Origin: a virus
Length of the DNA: 64,000 nt
IMG/VR virus record: IMGVR_UViG_3300027686_001029
Direction: 5' to 3' (one strand)
The notes beneath the pieces are model-generated. The model was not told the DNA's origin, searched no databases, and saw only the letters and a list, made by a program, of their open reading frames with translations. The translations under genes and the position numbers were made by a program. This document shows, one piece after another, positions 17,349 to 26,588 of this stretch (within the stretch, counting starts at the first letter, position 1; every line of letters begins with the position of its first letter).

Positions 17349-18251
17349 TTATAAATAGTTAAATTTATTCAATTCCCTAATAAAATGTTTAGCTATTGAT
17401 TCTTGATAAACATTGCCTTTATGTGCTAAGTCCATCGCTAAGCCAAGTTCTGAGTCTGCAGGTAGTTTAATATTAGTATTATCGCGACTTTGGAAGGTAT
17501 ACGGATTATACTCATATACTAAGTTGATATTATTTTTCTCACAAATACTTTTAATGCCGTCTAATGCTAGGTTTAAAGTTACTGCTTTATAAGCTGCAGA
17601 GCAAATATTTTCGGTAATGAGCTTAAAAATAGAATCTTGTGTTTGTTTATCTAACTTAGTGTTGGGGGGAGTAAGTACTGTTTTGTCACCGATTGATATA
17701 TGACGTTGTCCAAAAGAATCATAACTAAATAATTCTAACCTACTAAGACCAGGAATAAGTAAGCAAACTGTTTTAGATTTTATATCTGGGAGCCATCTTT
17801 TTAAAAGTCTGTAGCAGCCTATGATAGTTCCTCCGTTGATACCTAGATTGTAACATCTTTTATCAAAATTCTTACTAACTATTCTAGCCCAAGTATTCTT
17901 TTCGTGAGAATAGTGACCGTAAGTATCACTACATCCTAAAAATATGATACCTTCTTGATCTATCCATTCATCAGTTCTAAATCCGTACTTATTTTGATTG
18001 TAGATAGGGTAGTTCCATTTAATTTCTTCACTATCATTTTCAGTTATAAATCCATTTTCTATCCAACTATCTATACTCCCGGGTAAATCTAGTTTAGAAA
18101 ATACATCTTCTTGTAATTCACCACTATAAGTTTCTATCTTAGAAGTAGCTTTATTTATTCTTCCGTAAAACTCTTTTCCGTTAACGAAATCTAAATTAGA
18201 TAATTCTTCTTTTTCCTGCTTTGATAAGTAAGGAAGTTCCCAATTCACCAT
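17349..18251 (-). CDS. SGNH/GDSL-like hydrolase
   Basis: NKYGFRTDE, IFLGCSDTYG and YNLGINGG motifs; D..H near C-terminus. Confidence 0.7.
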   Translation of the reverse strand: MVNWELPYLSKQEKEELSNLDFVNGKEFYGRINKATSKIETYSGELQEDVFSKLDLPGSIDSWIENGFITENDSEEIKWNYPIYNQNKYGFRTDEWIDQEGIIFLGCSDTYGHYSHEKNTWARIVSKNFDKRCYNLGINGGTIIGCYRLLKRWLPDIKSKTVCLLIPGLSRLELFSYDSFGQRHISIGDKTVLTPPNTKLDKQTQDSIFKLITENICSAAYKAVTLNLALDGIKSICEKNNINLVYEYNPYTFQSRDNTNIKLPADSELGLAMDLAHKGNVYQESIAKHFIRELNKFNYL

Positions 18252-18541
18252 AGTTTAGCTGCTTCAAGTAATTTCCAGGCATCAATAGCTTTATCTCCTT
18301 CTTCAAGTTCATGATAATGGTTTAAACAGGATTCTAATGAGTCTACCCATTGACTCTGTGGAAGGCTCATTTCAAATGCTCTTTCAGTATCAGCAAAACT
18401 TAGTTCAAAAAGCATAGCTGTTTTATCTCCTTTCTTCATAGCCTCTTCTATTCCGTCGTATATAGTATCAGTAACAGCTAGACTCTTGTTCTTAAATAAA
18501 GTTTCAAATTCTTCTGTTGTATTAAAATGTAATTTAACCAT
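18245..18541 (-). CDS. Hypothetical protein
   Basis: ORF track. Confidence 0.7.
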   Translation of the reverse strand: MVKLHFNTTEEFETLFKNKSLAVTDTIYDGIEEAMKKGDKTAMLFELSFADTERAFEMSLPQSQWVDSLESCLNHYHELEEGDKAIDAWKLLEAAKLW

Positions 18542-18543
18542 AT

Positions 18544-18864
18544 CTATACTCCTCTTTTTTCTGAGATATTTCTAGCTCTTTCCCACTGTTTGTTTTTCTC
18601 TAATGAGCCTGTATCGGAATAAGCTACTACATTATTAGTCCCCCAACTATATACTGGGCCGAAGTATTCATAAGTCATCATAGGTACATCTACATTTCCT
18701 AACTCAGTATATTGAGGTTGAGTTATTCTACGTGGTCCATTAAATGCTCTAAAGTCTTTTGAAATAACTCGAACCCATCTATCGTTTTTAAATATCTCTA
18801 ATGCTCCTGCATAATTATATTCATTGATTAAATTCTGCGCTTCTAGTCCTCCTTTTTCTGCCAT
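18544..18864 (-). CDS. Hypothetical protein
   Basis: ORF downstream of the promoter at 18891-18921. Confidence 0.7.
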   Translation of the reverse strand: MAEKGGLEAQNLINEYNYAGALEIFKNDRWVRVISKDFRAFNGPRRITQPQYTELGNVDVPMMTYEYFGPVYSWGTNNVVAYSDTGSLEKNKQWERARNISEKRGV

Positions 18865-18890
18865 AACCTTTATTTTTTTATTTATACTTA

Positions 18891-18921
18891 AATATAAGAA
18901 ATATATCTCAGTTACGCAACT
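18891..18921 (-). promoter_or_regulatory. Phage consensus promoter (TTGCGT-N17-TATATT)
   Basis: Consensus match; -35 abuts the TAG of the upstream gene. Confidence 0.75.
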
Positions 18922-19699
18922 ATTTAAATAAGTTTAAATGTTGATTTTTTTTCATAACTTGTATGAATATATCTTTAATAGTATTATGAGCTAAACCATC
19001 TAGATGAAAACCATTGTATTTTCTTTTAAGTATATCACCTGGAACGTATGAGTATAAAGAGTTTTCAAATAGAAGGCTTTCTTTTATATGGTGTAAGAGA
19101 GGATTAAGTCTATCATCATATAATTCTTTAGGCCAATCTTCTAAGTGAAAATAATAAAAGTTTCCTCCTCTATCTTCTACATATTGCCTAATTCTAGATA
19201 TAGTTAAAGCATAGTTCCAAATAGTAATATTCTCTAAATTGTCTTGACCGGGTACTGCTCTATACATTATATCGTTTTTGGCATCAGGCAATGCTAATAT
19301 AACTGCAGTATCTTCGAGATCATGTAAATCAAAATCTTCGTATACGATTCCGGAAATGAGATTAAAAGATAGAGTAAAGAGACTCTGGCCGTTTAATTTT
19401 GGTACTAGTACTTCTACAGTATCTTTATAATTATTCTCTACTAACTTAGGCCAGTTCTTACCTTCTCTGAACTCTACAACTTCAGGTAAGTCTTTTGCAA
19501 ATCCATATAGATCACAAATTCTTTTATACTCCTTCTGTATTACTTCAAAGTTAAACTCTGTTTTTTTCATAAATGCCTCCCAATTAGCTGGAAGTAGTTC
19601 TTTTGGAACAAATTTACAATCTATTGCTAATCTTGGCCATTCTGCTCCTACACCTTGGAGAGTATCTGTACCGAAAAATATTACTCTTTTCTTATCCAT
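18920..19699 (-). CDS. Divergent SGNH-like protein
   Basis: VIFFGTDTLQG block-I-like motif (no Ser); FHLDGLAH at C-terminus. Confidence 0.45.
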   Translation of the reverse strand: MDKKRVIFFGTDTLQGVGAEWPRLAIDCKFVPKELLPANWEAFMKKTEFNFEVIQKEYKRICDLYGFAKDLPEVVEFREGKNWPKLVENNYKDTVEVLVPKLNGQSLFTLSFNLISGIVYEDFDLHDLEDTAVILALPDAKNDIMYRAVPGQDNLENITIWNYALTISRIRQYVEDRGGNFYYFHLEDWPKELYDDRLNPLLHHIKESLLFENSLYSYVPGDILKRKYNGFHLDGLAHNTIKDIFIQVMKKNQHLNLFK

Positions 19700-19711
19700 A
19701 ACTTAATAATT

Positions 19712-20293
19712 TTATACTTGGTAACCTGAAAATTTTACTATGTAAGATACAATACTTGTACCTAATCCATCTTTAAACTCTTTGCCTGAACGTAACCATT
19801 TACGAACATTACCAGGCCCAGCTAAATGTGCTGCTGCTAGTAATCCAGATTCAGTAACATATATACCGTGTACTGTTTTGCCTTCGTACTTTTTAATCAG
19901 TCTTTTTAAAACTCTTTTATTGTGTCTTAATAAAGCAGACATTGCTTGTTCTTGTAATCTAGGGCTGTTTAAAAATTCTTTGTTAGTAATGTCTTCGAAT
20001 CCTAATCCATCTAACGTCTTTCTACCAAATTGATACTTCCCCATATAACCAAATTTGTTTACTATTTCGTATCTATTTGAAGATTCTCTCTTTCCTACTT
20101 CATGAAGGAATGAGCTATAGCTTTTACTAGCTAGTTTTACTTCTACTTTTTCTATTGAGGGAACGATTAAGGCCAAAGGCCTGGGAGGTTCCATATCAAT
20201 TGGTGTTGCCTCTTTGATTGCTGCAAAAGTACCAAATGCTAGTACTAAAGAAGAAGCCAATGAAACCATAACAGTTAAAGTCAATTTTTTCAT
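19712..20293 (-). CDS. Membrane-anchored lysozyme-like / lytic transglycosylase protein
   Basis: N-terminal signal anchor; RESS..Y, GYMGKYQFG, QE..M and LLAAAHLAGPG motifs. Confidence 0.7.
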   Translation of the reverse strand: MKKLTLTVMVSLASSLVLAFGTFAAIKEATPIDMEPPRPLALIVPSIEKVEVKLASKSYSSFLHEVGKRESSNRYEIVNKFGYMGKYQFGRKTLDGLGFEDITNKEFLNSPRLQEQAMSALLRHNKRVLKRLIKKYEGKTVHGIYVTESGLLAAAHLAGPGNVRKWLRSGKEFKDGLGTSIVSYIVKFSGYQV

Positions 20294-20303
20294 ATATAAG
20301 TTT

Positions 20304-20456
20304 TTAGTTGAAGAGATCGAGGAAGCTTGTTCCTATCTCCTTGTCTCGTAACTTTTCATTACGTTCAGAGAGCCGAACTAAGTCATCGGCTACTCTTCTT
20401 TCGAGGGGTTTATGCTTTTTAAAAGTTGAAAGCTTATTAGTTTTCTTCTTAGACAT
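20304..20456 (-). CDS. Small basic hypothetical protein (50 aa)
   Basis: Manual translation MSKKKTNKLSTFKKHKPLERRVADDLVRLSERNEKLRDKEIGTSFLDLFN*; CTATTTAT motif upstream. Confidence 0.6.
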   Translation of the reverse strand: MSKKKTNKLSTFKKHKPLERRVADDLVRLSERNEKLRDKEIGTSFLDLFN

Positions 20457-20470
20457 GTATATAAATAGTT

Positions 20471-21100
20471 CTAAATTCTAGAGATATATTCTTCCCCTGG
20501 TTTTTCATCGTCGTACAGTCCTAAGTCCTTAAGGTGATCAATATGTGCTTGATCCATCTCCCAATCAGGTTCATCATCACGTGTTTTGACGTAGTCTTCC
20601 ATTGCCTCTGCACGTTTCTCCTCTATTGGAGATGCTGCATACAGAAAAGAGCAATTGTAACAGAGAAACTCTAAGTTTTTTAAATGGTAATTTTTTTTAT
20701 TTCCATCTTTAAAATTTAAAATTACAGGTACTTTTGTATCTGTAACACGTCTCTCCGAAAATCCACAATTAGCACAGACCTCTTCTATTAAACCTTCGAA
20801 TATTAATCTCTGTTTAATTTTACTAGCGTCAAAATGTTCAACTGGGATTCTACCTTCTATAAGGTCCATAAGGGGCGGTTCAGTTCCTCCATTTGATAAG
20901 AATTTAGGAATACCCTTACCCTCTTGGTTCATATGAGCTTCTAATAATGTTATACCATCATCATTTTTATACATCTTAGCATACTTCTTATAATGGTTAT
21001 AAGATACACGAAGATATCTAGCAGCAGACATATTAGAACGAGTCTGTGATTGTGCTGCTACTATTGATTCTTTGGATAATATTTTAGAAGGTCTAGCCAT
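20471..21100 (-). CDS. HTH plus HNH-like zinc-binding protein (apparently degenerate HNH)
   Basis: N-terminal HTH (MSAARYLRVSY); CANC...LNFKDGN..N..L.NL.FLCYNC. Confidence 0.7.
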   Translation of the reverse strand: MARPSKILSKESIVAAQSQTRSNMSAARYLRVSYNHYKKYAKMYKNDDGITLLEAHMNQEGKGIPKFLSNGGTEPPLMDLIEGRIPVEHFDASKIKQRLIFEGLIEEVCANCGFSERRVTDTKVPVILNFKDGNKKNYHLKNLEFLCYNCSFLYAASPIEEKRAEAMEDYVKTRDDEPDWEMDQAHIDHLKDLGLYDDEKPGEEYISRI

Positions 21101-21478
21101 TTAGTAATCTATTCCTTTAATTCTAAGGGTATCATTATCGGCTTCATCATCAACAACTTCATCATTAAATACATTATTGACAGATTCTTTTACTGATTGT
21201 GATACTTCGTTTTCGTCTACATCTAAATTAAGGAGTTCTAGCTGTGCTGTTTTATTTCCAGTTTGGTGAGCTTCTGCTGTTGCGATTGCTCTATACTTAT
21301 CTTGGGACATTATGATAATATCGTTATAGGTATGATCTCCTGTACCTTCAACAGTAGTTACACCTACTACACCTTTAACAGTAGAACAGTTAACACATAC
21401 GTGGTAGCCTAATTCTTTTCTCTTTTCCGGGAAATCTTTGCCACATTTAGGACAGGGAAGCATTTTTAATTCTTGCAT
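21101..21478 (-). CDS. TraR/DksA-like C4 zinc finger protein
   Basis: CPKC-x7-R-x2-LG-x3-CVNC; promoter at 21507-21537. Confidence 0.6.
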   Translation of the reverse strand: MQELKMLPCPKCGKDFPEKRKELGYHVCVNCSTVKGVVGVTTVEGTGDHTYNDIIIMSQDKYRAIATAEAHQTGNKTAQLELLNLDVDENEVSQSVKESVNNVFNDEVVDDEADNDTLRIKGIDY

Positions 21479-21506
21479 AGTTATAACCGTTTTTATATTA
21501 GATATA

Positions 21507-21537
21507 AAGATAAGAAGATCTTATCAGAAAACCAACT
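21507..21537 (-). promoter_or_regulatory. Phage consensus promoter (TTGGTT-N17-TATCTT)
   Basis: Consensus match. Confidence 0.65.
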
Positions 21538-21547
21538 AATTTTTAAA

Positions 21548-21877
21548 TTAAAGTGAAAAACTTTCTCCGCATCCACAAGATCGAGATGCATTTGGGTTTG
21601 ACCAATGAAATCCTTTTCCATTAAGTCCGGAAGAGTATTCTAAAGTAGTTCCTATAAGGTAGAGTAAACTCTTTTTATCTATGAGAAGGTTAATCCCGTT
21701 AGATTCAACTACTTTATCTCCTTCAGATGACTTATCATCAAAATCTAATATGTAAGATAGACCAGAACAGCCTCCAGATTTTACTCCAACTCTAACGTAA
21801 TTATCTTTAGGAACTTTATTCTCTTCTAAGAATATACTTTGAAGTTGATTAGCTGCTGTATCACTAACATTAACCAT
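21548..21877 (-). CDS. iscA: Iron-sulfur cluster assembly accessory protein (IscA/HesB)
   Basis: GGCSGLSY and NPNA..SCGCGESF motifs. Confidence 0.95.
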   Translation of the reverse strand: MVNVSDTAANQLQSIFLEENKVPKDNYVRVGVKSGGCSGLSYILDFDDKSSEGDKVVESNGINLLIDKKSLLYLIGTTLEYSSGLNGKGFHWSNPNASRSCGCGESFSL

Positions 21878-21879
21878 AT

Positions 21880-22068
21880 CTATAGTCCTAAGTTGGTTTT
21901 TACTGAATTTGCATTTTCTTCTGTGATAAACTCTAAATTGTATACTGGAATACTAATAGCATTTCCAAGAAAAATGATAGTAAGCTGTGTAAGCTCTGTG
22001 TTAGTTTGTAAACTTACTCTGCTATCTTTAATACTCTCTTTAAAATCTGATATATTAATGTTTGCCAT
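21880..22068 (-). CDS. Hypothetical protein
   Basis: ORF track. Confidence 0.6.
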   Translation of the reverse strand: MANINISDFKESIKDSRVSLQTNTELTQLTIIFLGNAISIPVYNLEFITEENANSVKTNLGL

Positions 22069-22077
22069 AGTAGGTAT

Positions 22078-22482
22078 TTATTTAAATTTATTGATAACGT
22101 TCCAGACCTGTGTGGGAGTTTTAAATGATAAAGTCTCTTCAGTCCCGTTAGAAACCTCTACTGTTATTTTACCGTCCCATTCTTTATCCGGAGCTAATTG
22201 GTAAAGGTACATTTGTATTAATTCTAATTGCTCAGTATTAAAAACTATTTTAAATAGATTTTCTATTACTGCAAAAAAATCATCTTCATAAGCTGTCATG
22301 TCCATGCCAATCTCAGTCGTAATAAAATCTCTTCTATCTTCTATTTTACGGAGCTGTTGTATAACTTCTATGAATGCTTTCTTATCCATATGCTTCTTAT
22401 CTACTTTCACTTCTTTAATCCTATACGATAACTTATGTATAGAAAAAAGAACTTGTCTAATTCGTTTTTTTGGGTCAATCAT
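22078..22482 (-). CDS. Hypothetical protein
   Basis: ORF track. Confidence 0.7.
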   Translation of the reverse strand: MIDPKKRIRQVLFSIHKLSYRIKEVKVDKKHMDKKAFIEVIQQLRKIEDRRDFITTEIGMDMTAYEDDFFAVIENLFKIVFNTEQLELIQMYLYQLAPDKEWDGKITVEVSNGTEETLSFKTPTQVWNVINKFK

Positions 22483-22517
22483 ATATTGTAAATTACGTTA
22501 ACCTTAATAAGGTAATA

Positions 22518-22901
22518 CTAAACAGCCGATACGTCTGAATCGTCGACTTCTTTTTCTACCGTAGGGCTTTCACCTGATAGTGCTTTGCGGATAATTTTAT
22601 CAAAGTACTCTATATAAATAAAGAACCCTATAATGCTCTTATCTTTAAGGTTTCTATCACGTTCTACTCTTAATTCGTATTCCGATAGTCCAGATTCTAA
22701 TCTACCTTCAAGTTCTATTGCAATATCATTTTGCTCTGTAGGAGATATTGATCCGAATTCTGTAGGAATAAATTGAACTTTAACTCCTTTCTTCTGAGGA
22801 TCTTCGTTAGTATCTACTTTAAGCATAAACTGATGTCCTGCAAAATTAATCTTTGCTGCTTCGTTTATTACCTTTTTTACAAATGTTTGTATGTTTTTCA
22901 T
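22518..22901 (-). CDS. Hypothetical protein
   Basis: ORF track; CTATTTAT motif just upstream. Confidence 0.7.
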   Translation of the reverse strand: MKNIQTFVKKVINEAAKINFAGHQFMLKVDTNEDPQKKGVKVQFIPTEFGSISPTEQNDIAIELEGRLESGLSEYELRVERDRNLKDKSIIGFFIYIEYFDKIIRKALSGESPTVEKEVDDSDVSAV

Positions 22902-22913
22902 ATTAATAAATAG

Positions 22914-23087
22914 TTATCCAAATAGCATTTGCTTGTTATTTGATTTTTCTTCTTTGATTATTTGATGACTAGCTATCGCTCTATTTCTTTTGTACTGTTC
23001 TATAGACCAATCTATCCTGTCTGTTCTTAATGTAACTTCTTCTACTGATCCATCTACATGAGTGAATTCTATTAAATATTTTTTCAT
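22914..23087 (-). CDS. Small hypothetical protein (57 aa)
   Basis: Manual translation MKKYLIEFTHVDGSVEEVTLRTDRIDWSIEQYKRNRAI...LFG*; ATGA coupling. Confidence 0.65.
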   Translation of the reverse strand: MKKYLIEFTHVDGSVEEVTLRTDRIDWSIEQYKRNRAIASHQIIKEEKSNNKQMLFG

Positions 23088-24763
23088 AGTTTAATTAATT
23101 TGTCTGTATAGGTATTTAATTTAACAACGGTTATTTTCAGGTTACCTAATTCGAATACTCCTTCTTCACCGCTTTCCTTTAATATGCTTGACATTTGAGC
23201 TATTAATTCATAGTCACTATTATCAAAAGTATTACCGTCTATGTTAATATAAATATCAGTATTAATAGTGTTCCCTATTTCTACTCTTTTGCTTAAATCT
23301 ATAATAGTATTAACCTGTTCACTATTTATATACTGATCTATTATAAAAGACGATTCTTTATTTACTGCTACCTTATCTGCCCAAGGTTCTAAAGTAGTTA
23401 ATAAATTTAAATTACAGTTGTCTATTACTAATCCAATATTGTACTTAGGAGGTACAATTGGCTTCATTAACTGATCATGCATTACAAAGTGACCCCATTT
23501 GCGAATAAAGTTTCTAGTAGATCTTTGATTCTGTGCTAACCATTCAGGACTATCTTCATAGATATTAACTGCTTTATCATTCGTATTACGTCTACTTCCT
23601 CTGCATGTCATATGATATACAAAACCCTCCCATGTCTGTTTAAACGTTACTCCGTTTAATTGAAAACGGTTGAATATGTCTGAGTCTTCTTTAGATTGAG
23701 GAGCATAAAGAGGATCGTGTCCTCCTATTGATTGAAAATCCTTTTTATAAAATGCCCATGGAGCAAATATTCCTTCAGTAACTTTAGAAGGGTTCTTAAC
23801 TCTATTGAGGAGGTCTTGTAAGTCTCCTTCTAAAAACTCTTCTGGTTCCTCTCCACCTGCCCATAGTACTTTTTCTGGTCCGTCAGGATGTAAAGGAGGT
23901 TCGATTCGGGTCAAAGATACAATCGTTTTAGGTTTTATAAGTCTTTCTATTGCAGAGATAGCTCCTGGGCATAGATACATATCAGCATGGTAGATCATAC
24001 AAATATCTTTTGTTGCTACTTCATTTACTAAAGTATCGTATAGAATAGTATGTCCTAATCTCTTTGGTCCTTCGTTACGATGTGCTTTAAACAATGGATC
24101 TTTTTTCATCATTTCCAGACACCAGTCCCAAGTACCATCAGTTGATGCGTCGTCTGCAACACATATCTCTACCTCATGAGTATCTTGGTTCTTTCTAATA
24201 GAATCATAAGACCATTTAAGGTATTTAAGATTATTTCTTGCTGGCTGTATTATACTTATTTCCATAGGCTTTTGTTTTTTTAGAGCAACTATAGACTGAT
24301 TCTCTTTTACCATACCTTTAATATAGAATAGTTTTTCTAAACTATGATACTGAGGTCTTCTAAAGTAGTCATGTACTAATATTACTCCATCTTTTTTTAA
24401 ATACTTAATTGCTCTTTCAGCACACTGTACTCTTGCTCTACCATCTACTAATATAACATCGAACATCTCATCAAGCTCATCTATCTTTTCAATATAAGAT
24501 TTAAACTCTTCATACTTAGTAGGAATAGTTCTAGGTAGATCAGGTTCGAGTAGCATATTAACTACATTGTTTAATTTACGAACTTTAATTTCTATATCCA
24601 CCTTATTATACCATTCTTTTATATGTTCTATAGAATAGTATTTCTTAACTAGTGGGCTAAACTCTACTGTGCTTCCCCCTGAGCCCCATTCCAACATAGT
24701 CATATCAGGTTTGAGAAAGTGTTTTACTAGCTCTATCTCACTGCTAGACATCCATGGTTTCAT
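23084..24763 (-). CDS. SAM-dependent methyltransferase / GT2 glycosyltransferase fusion
   Basis: N-terminal MLEWGSGGST...DVILVDGRAR; C-terminal ISIIQP, ADDASTDGT, IYHADM and GG.D...EDSD. Confidence 0.85.
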   Translation of the reverse strand: MKPWMSSSEIELVKHFLKPDMTMLEWGSGGSTVEFSPLVKKYYSIEHIKEWYNKVDIEIKVRKLNNVVNMLLEPDLPRTIPTKYEEFKSYIEKIDELDEMFDVILVDGRARVQCAERAIKYLKKDGVILVHDYFRRPQYHSLEKLFYIKGMVKENQSIVALKKQKPMEISIIQPARNNLKYLKWSYDSIRKNQDTHEVEICVADDASTDGTWDWCLEMMKKDPLFKAHRNEGPKRLGHTILYDTLVNEVATKDICMIYHADMYLCPGAISAIERLIKPKTIVSLTRIEPPLHPDGPEKVLWAGGEEPEEFLEGDLQDLLNRVKNPSKVTEGIFAPWAFYKKDFQSIGGHDPLYAPQSKEDSDIFNRFQLNGVTFKQTWEGFVYHMTCRGSRRNTNDKAVNIYEDSPEWLAQNQRSTRNFIRKWGHFVMHDQLMKPIVPPKYNIGLVIDNCNLNLLTTLEPWADKVAVNKESSFIIDQYINSEQVNTIIDLSKRVEIGNTINTDIYINIDGNTFDNSDYELIAQMSSILKESGEEGVFELGNLKITVVKLNTYTDKLIKL

Positions 24764-25665
24764 ATAAGAGGAATTCTATTAGGTACTTTTGGATTATTAA
24801 TCGGTGTAACAAAAGTAGCTTCATCACTAACAGGCATTTGACCCCATTTATCATAAAACTTTCTACTGTTATCACTCTCTGCTTTTTGCTGTCTAGTAGA
24901 TTTAGAATTAAAATTATCTTTAGCTTCATCTCTAAAATGTGATCCTCTAGCAGAAAAGTGGTAAAGTACTGATTTAGATACCATTTTAAAAGTATATCCT
25001 TCGTTTTGCATACGGATAAACAAGTCCATATCGTCAAAAGATGCTGGAGCAAATAGTGGATCATTTCCTCCTATCCATTTATAGTCTTCAGTTCTACAAA
25101 AGAATCCTGCTCCTCCTCCTTTCCTTACTGTCAAGTCATTATCTCTGCTAAATTCAGTTGACCATTCATCAAATTTTTGTTTATCAAAATCATCATGGAA
25201 GGATCCAAAACCATCCATAGGTACAAATACTGTACCAGGTCTGTAGTCAGGATCGTTAGGGAATATTTTAGGTTGTATTCTAAAGGAAGAAGCGATCAAT
25301 CTTTCAGATTTATCTAGTCCATCGTAAAGCTTTAATAGTTCAATATCTTGGTTAGGAGCTATCCACATATCAGAATGTATTATGTTTACATATTTAGTTT
25401 TAGCCTTACTAACACATACGTCCATTCCTCCTCCTATCCCTTTCGGTACTTCGTTTTCCTCTATTATAATAGTCAGGTCTAAAAGTTCTTGAACTGATCT
25501 CAGCCATTTATTAGTGCCATCAGTACAGTTTTCAGCATATATTACTATAGGTTGATTTTTATAGTACGCATTATTCCTAATAGATTCCACAGCTAGTTTT
25601 AAGTATGCAAAATTATTATTAGTATTAATACAGGTTGTTATAGGTTGTTCCATACGTCTTCCCAT
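24760..25665 (-). CDS. GT2 family glycosyltransferase
   Basis: ENCTDGT, IIHSDM, IGGND..F and DDMDL motifs. Confidence 0.85.
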   Translation of the reverse strand: MGRRMEQPITTCINTNNNFAYLKLAVESIRNNAYYKNQPIVIYAENCTDGTNKWLRSVQELLDLTIIIEENEVPKGIGGGMDVCVSKAKTKYVNIIHSDMWIAPNQDIELLKLYDGLDKSERLIASSFRIQPKIFPNDPDYRPGTVFVPMDGFGSFHDDFDKQKFDEWSTEFSRDNDLTVRKGGGAGFFCRTEDYKWIGGNDPLFAPASFDDMDLFIRMQNEGYTFKMVSKSVLYHFSARGSHFRDEAKDNFNSKSTRQQKAESDNSRKFYDKWGQMPVSDEATFVTPINNPKVPNRIPLI

Positions 25666-26588
25666 GTGTAAGTTTTACCTTGTTTATTAAAACTATAAGC
25701 ATTATGCTTAGAGTACTCACTTGCAAGTTCATACCATTTATTAGATTTACGTTGTGCATTTAAATCATCTCCTGATTCTCCTTCAACATATTTTCTCTTA
25801 TTAGGATGTTCTCTATTATGTACAAGTAGTATATTCTTAGCAACATAGAAAGGTATCTGCCCGTTACTAAACGTCAAAGATAGTTTATTCATAAAAGCAG
25901 TATCTTCATGTGTAAAGAAGACTGATTCGGGTATATTGACACCTGATCTAACTATTTCAGATGAAAAGAATAGTCCACATCCATTAAATTTGAAATCCTC
26001 TAAATGTTTAATGTCTGGTGATACTACGTCTGAGTTTATCTCTTCCATTTTATCATAGTCCATATAGTGTCTTGTACCGTACCAGGCATATGGATCTCTT
26101 TCTAAGCTAGAAAGTTTAGGATGTTCAACAGTTTTCCAACTATCATCCCACATTTTACAGGTAGCAAAGAATCCTACCCATTTAGGAGTTGTATCTTTTA
26201 CACTGTCTTGTAACAGTAATACAGTTTGAATAGCTTGAGAAGGTACGAGCATATCTGATTCCCCCCAAAATAATACATCTACCTCATTACAGTATTTCTC
26301 ATTAAACGTTCTTCTGTAATCAGCTATAGTAAATAGATCAGGACTTATGTCCCAGTTTACTTTGAATCCAGCTTCTCTTAACTCACCCATCAGGTAATTA
26401 AAACGAGCTTTGATCTCCAACATCACTTCTCCTCCTGCTATAACCTTTTCCAGATCTTGATTAGTTACAAGTTTAAAGTCTATTATGACTTTATCTTCAA
26501 ACCCTTTTGCTGATTTGGCAAGAGAATCTATATACTCTTTTACCATTTCTATTTCGTACCATTGAACTAAACAACCTATTGCTATCAT
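25638..26588 (-). CDS. GT-A fold glycosyltransferase-like protein
   Basis: WGESDML, KFNG and THEDTAF motifs; lies in glyco cluster. Confidence 0.65.
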   Translation of the reverse strand: MIAIGCLVQWYEIEMVKEYIDSLAKSAKGFEDKVIIDFKLVTNQDLEKVIAGGEVMLEIKARFNYLMGELREAGFKVNWDISPDLFTIADYRRTFNEKYCNEVDVLFWGESDMLVPSQAIQTVLLLQDSVKDTTPKWVGFFATCKMWDDSWKTVEHPKLSSLERDPYAWYGTRHYMDYDKMEEINSDVVSPDIKHLEDFKFNGCGLFFSSEIVRSGVNIPESVFFTHEDTAFMNKLSLTFSNGQIPFYVAKNILLVHNREHPNKRKYVEGESGDDLNAQRKSNKWYELASEYSKHNAYSFNKQGKTYTWEDVWNNL

